64,000 nucleotides of DNA. Source: Christensenellaceae bacterium (GTDB taxonomy: Bacteria > Bacillota > Clostridia > Christensenellales > Borkfalkiaceae). Shown in pieces: positions 29,023-38,352 of the stretch. Numbering within the stretch: position 1 is the first letter of the stretch; every line of letters begins with the position of its first letter. The stretch lies in NCBI GenBank assembly GCA_022768945.1, contig JALEKY010000003.1, positions 1,135-65,134 of the forward strand. The letters run 5' to 3'. Both the position numbers and the translations under genes were made by a program. The notes below the pieces were generated by a model. The model saw only the letters and a list, made by a program, of their open reading frames with translations, ran no database searches and was not told where the DNA came from.

Positions 29023-30198
29023 TTACTTTAATTCCGTAAGGACTTCATGGATTTCCTTTGCCGCTTTTTCGAGTTGAGTTTTTGTGTGAGTTGCCGTGTA
29101 GCTTGTTCTGAGCAGCGCTTTACCTACGGGCGTTGCCGGCGAAATAACGGGGTTTACGTATACTCCGCGTTCCAGAAGTATTTTGCACGCGATGAAAGTT
29201 CTCTCGTCGTCGTAAGTGTAAACGGGAATGATCGGCGTGGTGCTTTCGATTATGTCTATGCCGTATTTCTTTAAAAGAGATCTCATATAATTTGCGGCAT
29301 CGGATAGCGCCTTTACTCTTTCGGGTTCGCGCTCGAGAATCTTAAGCGACTGAAGGGCGCAAGCGACAGAAGCGGGCGTTATGCTCGCGCTGAATATATA
29401 AGGCCTCGAGGTGTGCTTTACGTATTCGACGACTTTTTTATTAGAAGCCATATATCCGCCGAGGCTTGCGAGCGACTTTGAAAACGTTCCCATATAAATA
29501 TCTACCTCGTCTTCGAGCCCGAAATATTCCGCCGTGCCTCTGCCGTGGCTGCCGAGAACGCCGAGCCCGTGCGCGTCGTCAATCATTATTCTTGCCGAAT
29601 ATTTTTTCGCGAGAGAAACTATTTCGGGCAGTTTGCAGATTTCTCCGCTCATACTGAAAACGCCGTCGGTTATAATCAGAATGCCGTGATCCTGAGGTAC
29701 TGCTTTCAGTTTTTCTTCGAGGTCGTTCATATCGGAGTGGTTGTATTTCCAGGTTTTCGCAAAGGAAAGTCTGCAGCCGTCGTAAATGCTCGCGTGGTTT
29801 TCTTTGTCGCAAAGAATGTAGTCGCGAGGTCCGGCAATCGCGCTGATTATACCGAGATTGCTTTGAAATCCGGTGCTGAAAGTCGTTACCGCTTCTTTCT
29901 TTAAAAACTTCGCGAGTTCTTCTTCGAGTTCTACGTGAATATCGAGGGTTCCGTTTAAAAATCTCGAGCCGGAACAGCCGGAACCGTATTTCTCAAGAGC
30001 TTCGACTCCGGCTTTTATGACTTCGGGGTGAGAGGTGAGCCCCAAGTAATTGTTAGAGCCGATCATAACGGTATTTATGCCGTCCATTATTACTTCGGTG
30101 TTCTGACCTGTGAAGAGCTTGTGAAAATAAGGGTAGATGTTTTTTTCTTTTATTATATCGTAATTGTTCTGTTTATAAGCTTTTTCGAAAATATTCAT
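29023..30198 (-). CDS. alpha-oxoamine synthase family PLP enzyme (BioF / Kbl / serine-palmitoyltransferase-like)
   Basis: 391 aa with DDAHGLG and the PLP-lysine motif GTFSKSLASLGGY. No bio or tdh neighbours are present to fix its specificity. Confidence 0.75.
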   Translation of the reverse strand: MNIFEKAYKQNNYDIIKEKNIYPYFHKLFTGQNTEVIMDGINTVMIGSNNYLGLTSHPEVIKAGVEALEKYGSGCSGSRFLNGTLDIHVELEEELAKFLKKEAVTTFSTGFQSNLGIISAIAGPRDYILCDKENHASIYDGCRLSFAKTWKYNHSDMNDLEEKLKAVPQDHGILIITDGVFSMSGEICKLPEIVSLAKKYSARIMIDDAHGLGVLGSHGRGTAEYFGLEDEVDIYMGTFSKSLASLGGYMASNKKVVEYVKHTSRPYIFSASITPASVACALQSLKILEREPERVKALSDAANYMRSLLKKYGIDIIESTTPIIPVYTYDDERTFIACKILLERGVYVNPVISPATPVGKALLRTSYTATHTKTQLEKAAKEIHEVLTELK

Positions 30199-30374
30199 AA
30201 TGTTCTCCTATAATTAAATATAATTATATTTTATTATATTTTTGTTAAACTAACAAAAAGTTTTTATTTAAATAGATTACCAGTTTTTATAAAAACGTAG
30301 CTTAACGGAACACTCGTTTGTTTTTTGAGTAAAAAATATTGTGATAATTTGTTGAAAAAATTTATATAAAATTA

Positions 30375-30403
30375 TTGACTGCAACCGTTTTTTATTATAT
30401 AAT
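30375..30403 (+). promoter_or_regulatory. sigma-A promoter TTGACT-17-TATAAT
   Basis: The -35 lies at 30375-30380 and the -10 at 30398-30403, about 30 nt upstream of darA. Confidence 0.6.
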
Positions 30404-30433
30404 AAGACAAAGGAAAAAATAGAGGAAACGAAT

Positions 30434-30757
30434 ATGAAGATGATTACCGCTATAGTAAACAGAAAAGATTCCGCCGCAGTTTGCGACGCCCTCCGCGAAA
30501 AGGGATACATTTTTACCAAAGTCGCTTCGTCAGGCGGATTTTTGAGCACCGGTAATGTCACTATTCTTATGGGTACGGAAGACCACAAGGTTGAGGAAGC
30601 CGTAGAGATTATAAGGTCGAATTCCGCGCGCAGAATGGAACCTGCCGCAGGTTCGGTCGTTGCGGATTATCCGATGTATTCGACTATTCCGGCAGAGGTA
30701 CCCGTTGGCGGTGCGACCGTTTTCGTGACGAACGTGGAATTTTACGAGAAGATGTAA
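30434..30757 (+). CDS. darA: cyclic-di-AMP receptor, PII-like protein (DarA/PstA, DUF970)
   Basis: 107 aa. MKMITAIVNRKDSAAVCDALREKGYIFTKVASSGGFL matches the YaaQ/PstA family. Confidence 0.75.
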   Translation: MKMITAIVNRKDSAAVCDALREKGYIFTKVASSGGFLSTGNVTILMGTEDHKVEEAVEIIRSNSARRMEPAAGSVVADYPMYSTIPAEVPVGGATVFVTNVEFYEKM

Positions 30758-30804
30758 CGGCTTTTGTTTTGCGTAAGCCGTAGTTGAATAATTGCAAAGA
30801 AAAA

Positions 30805-30840
30805 AGCTCGGGCGATTTTTTGTTTTTAGCCCGGGCTTTT
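30805..30840. terminator. bidirectional intrinsic terminator
   Basis: A 9-bp stem AGCTCGGGC/GCCCGGGCT (one G-U pair) is flanked by an A-run and a T-run. It lies between convergent darA and the M3 peptidase gene. Confidence 0.6.
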
Positions 30841-30879
30841 GGTTTGTCGCGCTTTATTTATTTTTCGCGCATTGGCGTT

Positions 30880-32559
30880 TTATTCGTATTTTTCAGCGAT
30901 TTTAAGAAGTTTATCCGCAAGGATTTTAAGAGTGCCGTCACCGAACGGATCTGCAATACCCGCTTCTTTCACGAGCTCGGGAAATAATTTCGTTCCGCCG
31001 CATTTTACGAAGGCGAGATATTTCTTTAACGCATCCTCGTAATTTTCGTTCATTTTAATAAAGAAGCCGAGGGCGACCGTCTGAGCGAGACAGTAGTCGA
31101 TATAGTAGAAAGGCGATTCGTAAATGTGCATCTGGTACTGCCAACGAGTGCCTTTTTCGAGATAAGGTATGCCGTCGAACGTGAGATAAGGTCTGTATTT
31201 CTTTTCGAGGGCGAGATAAGCTTCGTCGCGCTCGTCGGGCGTAAGGTCGGGGTTGTCGTAAACGATATGCTGGAATTCGTCCACGATCACGCCGTAAGGA
31301 ATAAACGAGAGAGAAGAGAGTAGGTGTGTTTTTTTGTATTCGTCCGGCTTATCGAAGAAGAGCTTCATATACTTTTCTGCGAAGAATTCCATGCTCATAC
31401 TGTGGCATTCCGCGGTTTCCATACCGCCTACGTCGAGTTCGAAATCGCCGTATTTATACGAGCAGTCCGCGGCGAAAGCGTGACCGAATTCGTGGGTGAT
31501 AACGTCTATATCGTCGGACGTGCCGTTAAAATTCGCGAGTATGAACGGCTGGCGATAGTCGGCAAATCCCGTGCAGTAACCGCCGCCCCATTTGTTCGCG
31601 CGACTTTCGACGTCGAACGCTTCCGCCTGTTGCATTCTCTTCATAAACTCACCGAGAGAGGGGTTCATATCGTCGTACATCTTCTGCGCGTTTTTAAAGA
31701 TTTCTTCCTTTCCTCCGTTCGGTTTCGGATTGCCGTTTTTAGAATAAACGGCGTCGTCATAGAACGAAAAGTCGCTTATATCAAGCGTTTTCGCGAGTTT
31801 TTGCTTTAATTCGGTTACTATAGGAACAAGCCCCGTAAGGACGTTTTTGCGGAAATTTTCGACGGCGTTGCGGTCGTAGGAAATTCTGTTCATTCTGTAA
31901 TATCCGAGCTCGATGAAGTTTTTATATCCCATTTTTCTCGCTATTTCGGTGCGGACTTTAACGAGCTTGTCGTAAATGGCATCAAGCGTTTCCTTGTTTT
32001 TTCCGAGCGCTTCGCCTATCGCGAAAGCCGCTTGTTTTCTCGTTTCTCTGTCGCTGTCAGAAAGGAAGCCGCGGACGAACGCGAGAGGTTTGTCTTCACC
32101 TTTCCATTCGACTGCTATTCCCGACATAAAGCGGGAGTACTCGGTGCAAAGGGCGTTTTCCTTCTGACACTCTTTTTCTACTATCGGGTTATAGGCTTTC
32201 TTTGCCGTTTCGTAGTTTTTGAAGAGTATCGGGTTAAGGCGTTTTTCGAGTTCGGGGCGAAGAGGCGTAGTAAGCATAACGTCGCCGTATTTTACGTACA
32301 CTTCCTGAAAGAGGGGACCGTTTTCGTCGTAGTAGTCCATCTCTTTTTGGTAGAACTCGTCCGCGGTGTTCAGGGTAAAGCGGCAGTTTGCAAGGGCGGA
32401 CATGGTTGAGTAGTGTTTAACTTCGGTCAGAAATTTTTCGCGAGCGGAAAGAAATTCGTCTGCGGTTTTTGCGAGGCTTGCCGCGGCGGAGAATTCTTCG
32501 AACGCTTTTTTATAAGTTTCGATTTCGTATCTTTTGTAAGGTAAATCTTTTACGAGCAT
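30880..32559 (-). CDS. M3-family oligoendopeptidase (PepF-like paralogue)
   Basis: I moved the start to MLVKDLPYKRYE (ATG 32559, GGAGAAAAA RBS). The zinc motif is HEFGHAF. Confidence 0.8.
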   Translation of the reverse strand: MLVKDLPYKRYEIETYKKAFEEFSAAASLAKTADEFLSAREKFLTEVKHYSTMSALANCRFTLNTADEFYQKEMDYYDENGPLFQEVYVKYGDVMLTTPLRPELEKRLNPILFKNYETAKKAYNPIVEKECQKENALCTEYSRFMSGIAVEWKGEDKPLAFVRGFLSDSDRETRKQAAFAIGEALGKNKETLDAIYDKLVKVRTEIARKMGYKNFIELGYYRMNRISYDRNAVENFRKNVLTGLVPIVTELKQKLAKTLDISDFSFYDDAVYSKNGNPKPNGGKEEIFKNAQKMYDDMNPSLGEFMKRMQQAEAFDVESRANKWGGGYCTGFADYRQPFILANFNGTSDDIDVITHEFGHAFAADCSYKYGDFELDVGGMETAECHSMSMEFFAEKYMKLFFDKPDEYKKTHLLSSLSFIPYGVIVDEFQHIVYDNPDLTPDERDEAYLALEKKYRPYLTFDGIPYLEKGTRWQYQMHIYESPFYYIDYCLAQTVALGFFIKMNENYEDALKKYLAFVKCGGTKLFPELVKEAGIADPFGDGTLKILADKLLKIAEKYE

Positions 32560-32698
32560 ATTTTTCTCCTTTTTTTCTTTTGTAGAATTGTAACAGATTA
32601 TAATATATAATGTCAACGAAAATGCCGCAAAATAAGAGGCGATCGGATTTTTTTAGAAAAAAAAGATTAAAAAAATGCCGAAAACGGCGAAAAAACGT

Positions 32699-32727
32699 TT
32701 GACATTGGCGAAAGTTAGGAGTATTAT
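32699..32727 (+). promoter_or_regulatory. sigma-A promoter TTGACA-17-TATTAT
   Basis: The -35 is a consensus at 32699-32704, the spacer is 17 nt and the -10 lies at 32722-32727. It sits about 250 nt upstream of the BMP lipoprotein gene. Confidence 0.65.
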
Positions 32728-32847
32728 AAAGGCAGATTTCAAATGAGGGCTATACAGATGAAGATCGTCAAATTTCCGTCAATGAGAAATAATCAGCACT
32801 CGGCCGCTTACAGTCAAGCGGTAATTATCGTTGTACATTTATAATCT

Positions 32848-32886
32848 CCGTATACGCATACTACTCAGCGTGTACGGTTTTTTATT
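32848..32886 (+). terminator. intrinsic terminator inside the 5' leader of the nucleoside ABC operon (attenuator)
   Basis: A 10-bp stem CCGTATACGC/GCGTGTACGG (one G-U pair) is followed by TTTTTTATTTT. It lies about 115 nt after the predicted TSS and 90 nt before the start codon. Confidence 0.6.
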
Positions 32887-32975
32887 TTCTTAATATCATA
32901 TAGGTTTTTACGGTTAATTCCGCAGAAATAAACTTTTTATAAAATATTTGCCAAAAAGGCAAACGGAGGTTTATT

Positions 32976-34232
32976 ATGAAGAAACTGTTATCCTTAGTTC
33001 TCGCATTGGCAATGTCGATCGGCGTTTGCTCGATGTTCACCGCTTGCGGCGACGAAACCAAACCCTTGATCGCGCTCATTGCTCTCCACGACACCAACTC
33101 CACTTACGACAAAAACTTTATCGAAGCTTTCGAAGCAGCTTGTGAAGAAAACGGTCTTTCGAAGAACGACTATCTCCTTTACACCAACGTTCCCGAAGAA
33201 ACGATATGCAAAGAAAAAGCACTCGACGCTGCCGACAGAGGTTGCGAGGTAGTTTTCTCCGACTCTTTCGGTCACGAACCTTACATGCTCGAAGCTGCTA
33301 AAGAAGCTACCGGCACTCATTTCGCTTCCGCAACCGGCAATAAAGCTCACACTTCCGGTTTAACCAACTTCCACAACGCTTTCGCTTCCATTTACGAAGG
33401 TCGTTACCTCGCAGGCGTTGCCGCAGGTCTTAAACTCCAGGAAATGATCGAAGCTAAGAAGGTTACCGCAGATACCGACGGAAACTACAAACTCGGCTAC
33501 GTAGGCGCTTATACCTATGCGGAAGTTATTTCCGGTTACACCTCCTGGTTCCTCGGCGTTCAGTCTGTAGTTCCCAACGTAAAGATGGACGTTAAGTTTA
33601 CCGGTTCCTGGTATGACGAACAGAAAGAAGCCGACGCGGCAAGAGCTCTTATCAACGGCGGTTGCGTTCTTCTCAGCCAGCATGCTGACTCCATGGGAGC
33701 TCCCAGTGCTTGCGAACTTGCCCGCGTTCCCAACGTTTCTTACAACGGCAGCTCAGCTTCGGCTTGCCCCAACACGTTTATTATTTCTTCCAGAATCAAC
33801 TGGCAGCCCTATTTCAGCTATCTCATCAAAGCCGCTAAGGATTTGAGAGAAGGAAAAACTGCAACAATCGATACCGATTGGATGGGTACCATCGACAACA
33901 ACGCCGTTGTTCTTACCGAATGCGGACAGGCCGCGGCAGAAGGAACTCAGGCTAAACTCGACGAAGTTAAAGCTAAACTCCTTAGCGGCGAATTGAAGGT
34001 ATTCGATACCAGCAAATTCACCGTAACCGTTAACGAATCCAAGAACGCAAACGCAACCGTTGACGAAAACGGTCACCTTACTTCTTATAGGGCAGACGTT
34101 AACTTCGACGCAGATTACACTCCCGATACCGAGGTAGTTGCAAACGGCGAATTCCAGGAAAGCAAATTCCGTTCGGCTCCTTACTTTGACGTTCAGATCG
34201 ACGGCATTACCCTTCTTAACTCGGCATTCTAA
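32976..34232 (+). CDS. BMP-family (PnrA-like) ABC substrate-binding lipoprotein, probably nucleoside-binding
   Basis: 418 aa with a lipobox signal LALAMSIGVCSMFTAC-G and a BMP-type fold. It is followed by a duplicated-NBD ATPase and two permeases. Confidence 0.85.
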   Translation: MKKLLSLVLALAMSIGVCSMFTACGDETKPLIALIALHDTNSTYDKNFIEAFEAACEENGLSKNDYLLYTNVPEETICKEKALDAADRGCEVVFSDSFGHEPYMLEAAKEATGTHFASATGNKAHTSGLTNFHNAFASIYEGRYLAGVAAGLKLQEMIEAKKVTADTDGNYKLGYVGAYTYAEVISGYTSWFLGVQSVVPNVKMDVKFTGSWYDEQKEADAARALINGGCVLLSQHADSMGAPSACELARVPNVSYNGSSASACPNTFIISSRINWQPYFSYLIKAAKDLREGKTATIDTDWMGTIDNNAVVLTECGQAAAEGTQAKLDEVKAKLLSGELKVFDTSKFTVTVNESKNANATVDENGHLTSYRADVNFDADYTPDTEVVANGEFQESKFRSAPYFDVQIDGITLLNSAF

Positions 34233-34263
34233 TCGATTTTAATATCGCTTAGTAAAAATTAAC

Positions 34264-34303
34264 GATAAGCGGAGAAAATTCTTCTCCGCTTATCTCTGTT
34301 TTT
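34264..34303 (+). terminator. 13-bp perfect hairpin plus U-tract between the binding-protein and ATPase genes (partial terminator/stabiliser)
   Basis: GATAAGCGGAGAA-AATTC-TTCTCCGCTTATC is followed by TCTGTTTTT. Confidence 0.6.
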
Positions 34304-34325
34304 AAAAATAACACGGAGGTACGCG

Positions 34326-36140
34326 ATGGAAAAGCAAATCGCGCTCGAACTTAAACACATATCCAAGTATTTCGGCAAAGTTGCCGCGAACAAGGACGTG
34401 GACTTATGTCTTTATAAGGGCGAAATTCTCTCCATTCTCGGAGAAAACGGAAGCGGTAAAACCACCCTTATGAACATTATAGCGGGTATTTATTTCCCTG
34501 ACGAAGGCGAGGTGTACGTTAACGGAGAAAGAGCTGTTATCAAGTCGCCTCAGGACGCTTTCAAATATAAAATAGGAATGATTCACCAACATTTCAAGTT
34601 GGTGGACGTTTTTACCGCCGCGCAAAATATCTTCCTCGGTTCTAACGATAAAAAGTACAACGTTAAGAAGCTCAATAAGGAAGTAAAGGATCTTGCGGAT
34701 AAATACGGTTTCGTTATCGATCCGAAAAAGAAGATTTACGATATGTCAGTTTCGGAAAAACAGACTGTCGAAATAATCAAAGTTTTATACCGCGGGGCGG
34801 AAATTCTGATTTTGGACGAACCGACTGCCGTTTTAACCCCTCAGGAAACGCAAAAACTTTTCGACGTTTTGCGTAAAATGAAGGAAGACGGCAAGTCTAT
34901 TATAATCATTACCCACAAACTCAACGAGGTTATGGAGATTTCCGACCGCGTTGCGGTTCTAAGAAAGGGTATGCATATTAAGGCGAAAGACGGCTCCGGC
35001 ACCGTTCTTACAAAGGACGTCAACGAGCAGCTTCTTACAGAAATGATGGTCGGCGCGAAAGTGGAACTTCACATCGACAGACCTATGCCGGTAAATCCCG
35101 AGCCGAGATTGAAAATCGAGCATTTAACCTGCAAAAACAGAGAGGGCGTTACCGTCGTGAACGACGTTTCGTTTACTTCGTTTTCGGGCGAAATCCTCGG
35201 TATCGCGGGTATTGCGGGCAGCGGACAGAGAGAACTTCTGGAAGCAGTTGCCGGACTTCAGCCCATAGATAAAGGCTCGATTTCTTACTTTGACGCGACA
35301 ACCGGCGAAACGGTCAACCTCAGAAACAAAACGCCCGAGGAAATAAGAGATCTCGGCGTAAGGCTTTCTTTCGTTCCCGAAGACAGACTCGGCATGGGGC
35401 TTGTCGGGAATATGGACATAGTCGACAATATGATGCTCAGGAGCTACAGAAAGGGGAAATCCGCTTTCCTCGACAGAAAGAGCCCGAGCGAACTTGCCGA
35501 TAATATTATAGACAATCTTCAGGTTGCCACTCCGAGTTCTCATACTCCCGTAAGAAGACTTTCGGGCGGTAACGTACAAAAAGTTCTCGTCGGCAGAGAA
35601 ATCGCCGCCGCACCTAAGGTTCTTATGGCGGCTTACCCCGTAAGAGGACTCGATATTAATTCTTCGTACACGATTTACAATCTTTTGACAAAGCAGAAGC
35701 AAAACGGCGTTTCGGTTATTTTCGTAGGTGAAGACCTCGACGTGCTCGTGGCTCTTTGCGACAGAATAGTCGTTATTTCTTCCGGCATGGTGACGGGCGT
35801 CGTGTACGGCAGAACGACTACGAAAGAAAAGGTCGGTTCTTATATGACGAAGACCGTTCCTGCAGAGGGCGAAATAGCCGAAAGAGCCAACGAGAGTTGT
35901 TTTGCGGATAAAGATTACGTAGATAAACACGTGAGCGTGGTGGGGAGACCTTTGAATGACTCGAACAGGCACGCTTTCTCGGAGATTACCGAGAAAAACA
36001 ACAGAGATTTCGACAAGAAAGTAAGAGATTCAAAGAAAACTTTGCTTGCGGGCAAGGAATTATCCGCTTCGGAACACGATAAAAAACCGGTTTCGTCGGA
36101 TAAAAGCAAAAAATCATTAAAACGGGAGGAAAGGGTTTAA
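34326..36140 (+). CDS. ABC transporter ATP-binding protein with two fused NBDs and a ~95-aa charged C-terminal tail
   Basis: It has Walker A GENGSGKTT, a second-NBD P-loop region (GIAGIAGSGQRELL), the signature LSGGNVQK and Walker B ILILDEPT. Confidence 0.85.
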   Translation: MEKQIALELKHISKYFGKVAANKDVDLCLYKGEILSILGENGSGKTTLMNIIAGIYFPDEGEVYVNGERAVIKSPQDAFKYKIGMIHQHFKLVDVFTAAQNIFLGSNDKKYNVKKLNKEVKDLADKYGFVIDPKKKIYDMSVSEKQTVEIIKVLYRGAEILILDEPTAVLTPQETQKLFDVLRKMKEDGKSIIIITHKLNEVMEISDRVAVLRKGMHIKAKDGSGTVLTKDVNEQLLTEMMVGAKVELHIDRPMPVNPEPRLKIEHLTCKNREGVTVVNDVSFTSFSGEILGIAGIAGSGQRELLEAVAGLQPIDKGSISYFDATTGETVNLRNKTPEEIRDLGVRLSFVPEDRLGMGLVGNMDIVDNMMLRSYRKGKSAFLDRKSPSELADNIIDNLQVATPSSHTPVRRLSGGNVQKVLVGREIAAAPKVLMAAYPVRGLDINSSYTIYNLLTKQKQNGVSVIFVGEDLDVLVALCDRIVVISSGMVTGVVYGRTTTKEKVGSYMTKTVPAEGEIAERANESCFADKDYVDKHVSVVGRPLNDSNRHAFSEITEKNNRDFDKKVRDSKKTLLAGKELSASEHDKKPVSSDKSKKSLKREERV

Positions 36141-37324
36141 TGAGTAAACAGAATACCGTAAAAGAACCTCTTTTCCATATCGTAAAAAGGACGGAAATGC
36201 CGCTGTGGCAGGCGTGGCTTATAAGAATCGTCGCGATTATCGTAGGGCTTGCTGTCGCTTCGGTGCTTTGCGCTGCGGTTGCGGGTAAAAATCCGCTCGA
36301 CGTGCCCGTTTCGCTTATTAACGGTTGCTTCGGAACAGAAAGAAGACTGTGGGTGTTTTTGAGAGAGGGCGCGCTCCTTCTCGGCGTGACGCTCGCACTT
36401 ATCCCGGCGTTTAAAATGAAATTCTGGAACCTCGGCGGAAACGGACAGGTGCTTATCGGCTGTATAGCTTCCACCGCGTGCATGTTCTATCTCGGCGGAA
36501 AACTGCCCGATTGGGTTGTCAATATTATTATGATAGTCGCGGCTATAGCTGCCGGCGCGATATGGGCGGTAATACCCGCAATATTCAAGGCTTGCTTCAA
36601 TACCAACGAAACGCTGTTTACGCTTATGATGAACTATATCACTACGGCGCTTGCGGCGTATTGCCTCGTTGTATGGGTGCCTTCGGGAACTTCCGTTCTC
36701 AGTCCGTTTACCGAGGGCGTTTTGCCTACGATTATAAACGACAACGTTCTTACTCTTATCGTGGTGGCGGTGCTGCTCGTATTTATGACCGTATATCTTA
36801 AGTTTTCCAAACACGGCTACGAACTTTCGGTCGTTGGCGAGAGCGAAAAAACGGCTAAATATATAGGTATAAACGTTAAAAGAGTAGTTATAAGAACTCT
36901 CGTTCTTTCGGGCGCGATATGCGGCGTTATCGGCTTGTTGCTTTCCGGCTCTATTAACCATACGCTTACCACGAGCATGGACAACAATATGGGCTTCACC
37001 GCGACGATGACGGCCTGGCTCGCTAAGTTCAGCCCGCTCGTAGCGATATTTACAAGCTTCTTCATTACCTTTATTTCAAGGGGTATGTCCGAAGTTCAGG
37101 TCTCTTTCGGTTTCAGCGAAAGTTCCGTTGCGAATATAGTAACAGGTCTCGTTTACTTTGCGATTATCGCGTGCGAATTCTTCGTTTCGTACAAAATAGT
37201 CGGAAGAAGCAAAAATAAAGAGAAATCCGTAAAAACGGAAACAAAAGAAAAACAGACGGAGGCGAAAGCCGACGAGCAGACGGTTTCCGACGAAAAGAAT
37301 CCCGTTAAGGAGGAGGTAAAGTAA
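36140..37324 (+). CDS. ABC transporter permease (BMP/nucleoside type) with a Lys/Glu-rich tail
   Basis: 394 aa, polytopic. An ATGA overlap links it to the ATPase gene. Confidence 0.8.
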   Translation: MSKQNTVKEPLFHIVKRTEMPLWQAWLIRIVAIIVGLAVASVLCAAVAGKNPLDVPVSLINGCFGTERRLWVFLREGALLLGVTLALIPAFKMKFWNLGGNGQVLIGCIASTACMFYLGGKLPDWVVNIIMIVAAIAAGAIWAVIPAIFKACFNTNETLFTLMMNYITTALAAYCLVVWVPSGTSVLSPFTEGVLPTIINDNVLTLIVVAVLLVFMTVYLKFSKHGYELSVVGESEKTAKYIGINVKRVVIRTLVLSGAICGVIGLLLSGSINHTLTTSMDNNMGFTATMTAWLAKFSPLVAIFTSFFITFISRGMSEVQVSFGFSESSVANIVTGLVYFAIIACEFFVSYKIVGRSKNKEKSVKTETKEKQTEAKADEQTVSDEKNPVKEEVK

Positions 37325-38289
37325 TGTTTGTCGTATTTTTAACAAGCGCGATTGCTATCAGCACTATCTTCCTGTTCGGTTGCGTAGGCGAGATTATTAC
37401 CGAAAAGGCAGGGCATCTTAACCTCGGGCTTCCCGGGATTATGTGCGCCGGGAGCGCGGGCGGTTGCTACGGCGTTTCGCTTTATATGAATTCTCTTGCC
37501 GATCCTTCGAAAGCAAGCTGGATTTTGCTTATACTCATTTCCGTTGCGCTTGCGTTTGCGTTTGCCGCGGTTTTCGGCGGAATATATGCTTTTCTGACCG
37601 TTTCGCTGCGTTCAAATCAGAACGTTACAGGTCTTGCGCTTACTACGTTCGGCGCGGGATTTACTCAGTTCTTTATGAACTCTTACGTAGATAAAACGAA
37701 CTTTGCAAAGGCAAGTTTGCTTTTTAAGGCTTCTCTTCCGTTTGCGGATAGTCTGGGTTGGTTCGGAGATATTTTCCTTTCTCACGGAGTTCTCGTCTAT
37801 CTTGCCATCGTGATAGCTTTGATTGCCGGAATTGTTTTAAACAAAACGAAAGTAGGTCTTCGCCTGCGTGCGGTCGGTGAAAATCCGGGAGCTGCGGACG
37901 CGGTCGGTATCAATGTAAACAGATACAAATATTCGGCTATTCTTATCGGCAGCGGCATTGCCGGGCTCGGCGGTTTGTTCTTCGTAATGGACTATATTAA
38001 GGGTAGTTGGCAGAACGCTTCCACTATCGAAGCTTTCGGTTGGCTTTCGATTGCTCTCGTTATATTTACGCTGTGGAAACCGATTGTAAGCATTCCGGGC
38101 GCAATCGTGTTCGGCGGATTATACATCGCTTGTTCATATCTGCGCGTTTCGTTTAACGTTATGAAGCTTCTCGATATGCTTCCGTACGTGGTTACGATTA
38201 TCGTGCTTATTATTACGAGCATAAGAAACAGCAAGGAAAATCAAGGTCCTGCAAGTTTGGGACTGGCGTATTTCCGAGAAGAACGATAG
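37324..38289 (+). CDS. ABC transporter permease (BMP/nucleoside type)
   Basis: 321 aa, polytopic. It overlaps the stop codon of the previous permease. Confidence 0.8.
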   Translation: MFVVFLTSAIAISTIFLFGCVGEIITEKAGHLNLGLPGIMCAGSAGGCYGVSLYMNSLADPSKASWILLILISVALAFAFAAVFGGIYAFLTVSLRSNQNVTGLALTTFGAGFTQFFMNSYVDKTNFAKASLLFKASLPFADSLGWFGDIFLSHGVLVYLAIVIALIAGIVLNKTKVGLRLRAVGENPGAADAVGINVNRYKYSAILIGSGIAGLGGLFFVMDYIKGSWQNASTIEAFGWLSIALVIFTLWKPIVSIPGAIVFGGLYIACSYLRVSFNVMKLLDMLPYVVTIIVLIITSIRNSKENQGPASLGLAYFREER

Positions 38290-38307
38290 TTTTTATTTAA
38301 GGATTAA

Positions 38308-38342
38308 GAGGTTCGGGCGAAAAATCGCTCGAACCTCTTTTC
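38308..38342 (+). terminator. intrinsic terminator of the ABC operon
   Basis: GAGGTTCG-loop-CGAACCTC is followed by TTTT. Confidence 0.7.
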
Positions 38343-38352
38343 GTGTGTATAG

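Noticed and set aside
29023-30198. A lone alpha-oxoamine synthase, considered as evidence for sphingolipid (SPT) biosynthesis.
   Set aside because: Sequence alone cannot separate BioF, Kbl and SPT. No neighbouring ketoreductase or ceramide synthase-like genes support that reading.
32743-32844. A 33-codon ORF (MRAIQMKIVKFPSMRNNQHSAAYSQAVIIVVHL) in the nucleoside-transporter leader, considered as a leader peptide.
   Set aside because: It has no recognisable RBS and no run of regulatory codons. I keep the leader as an RNA-level attenuator candidate instead.
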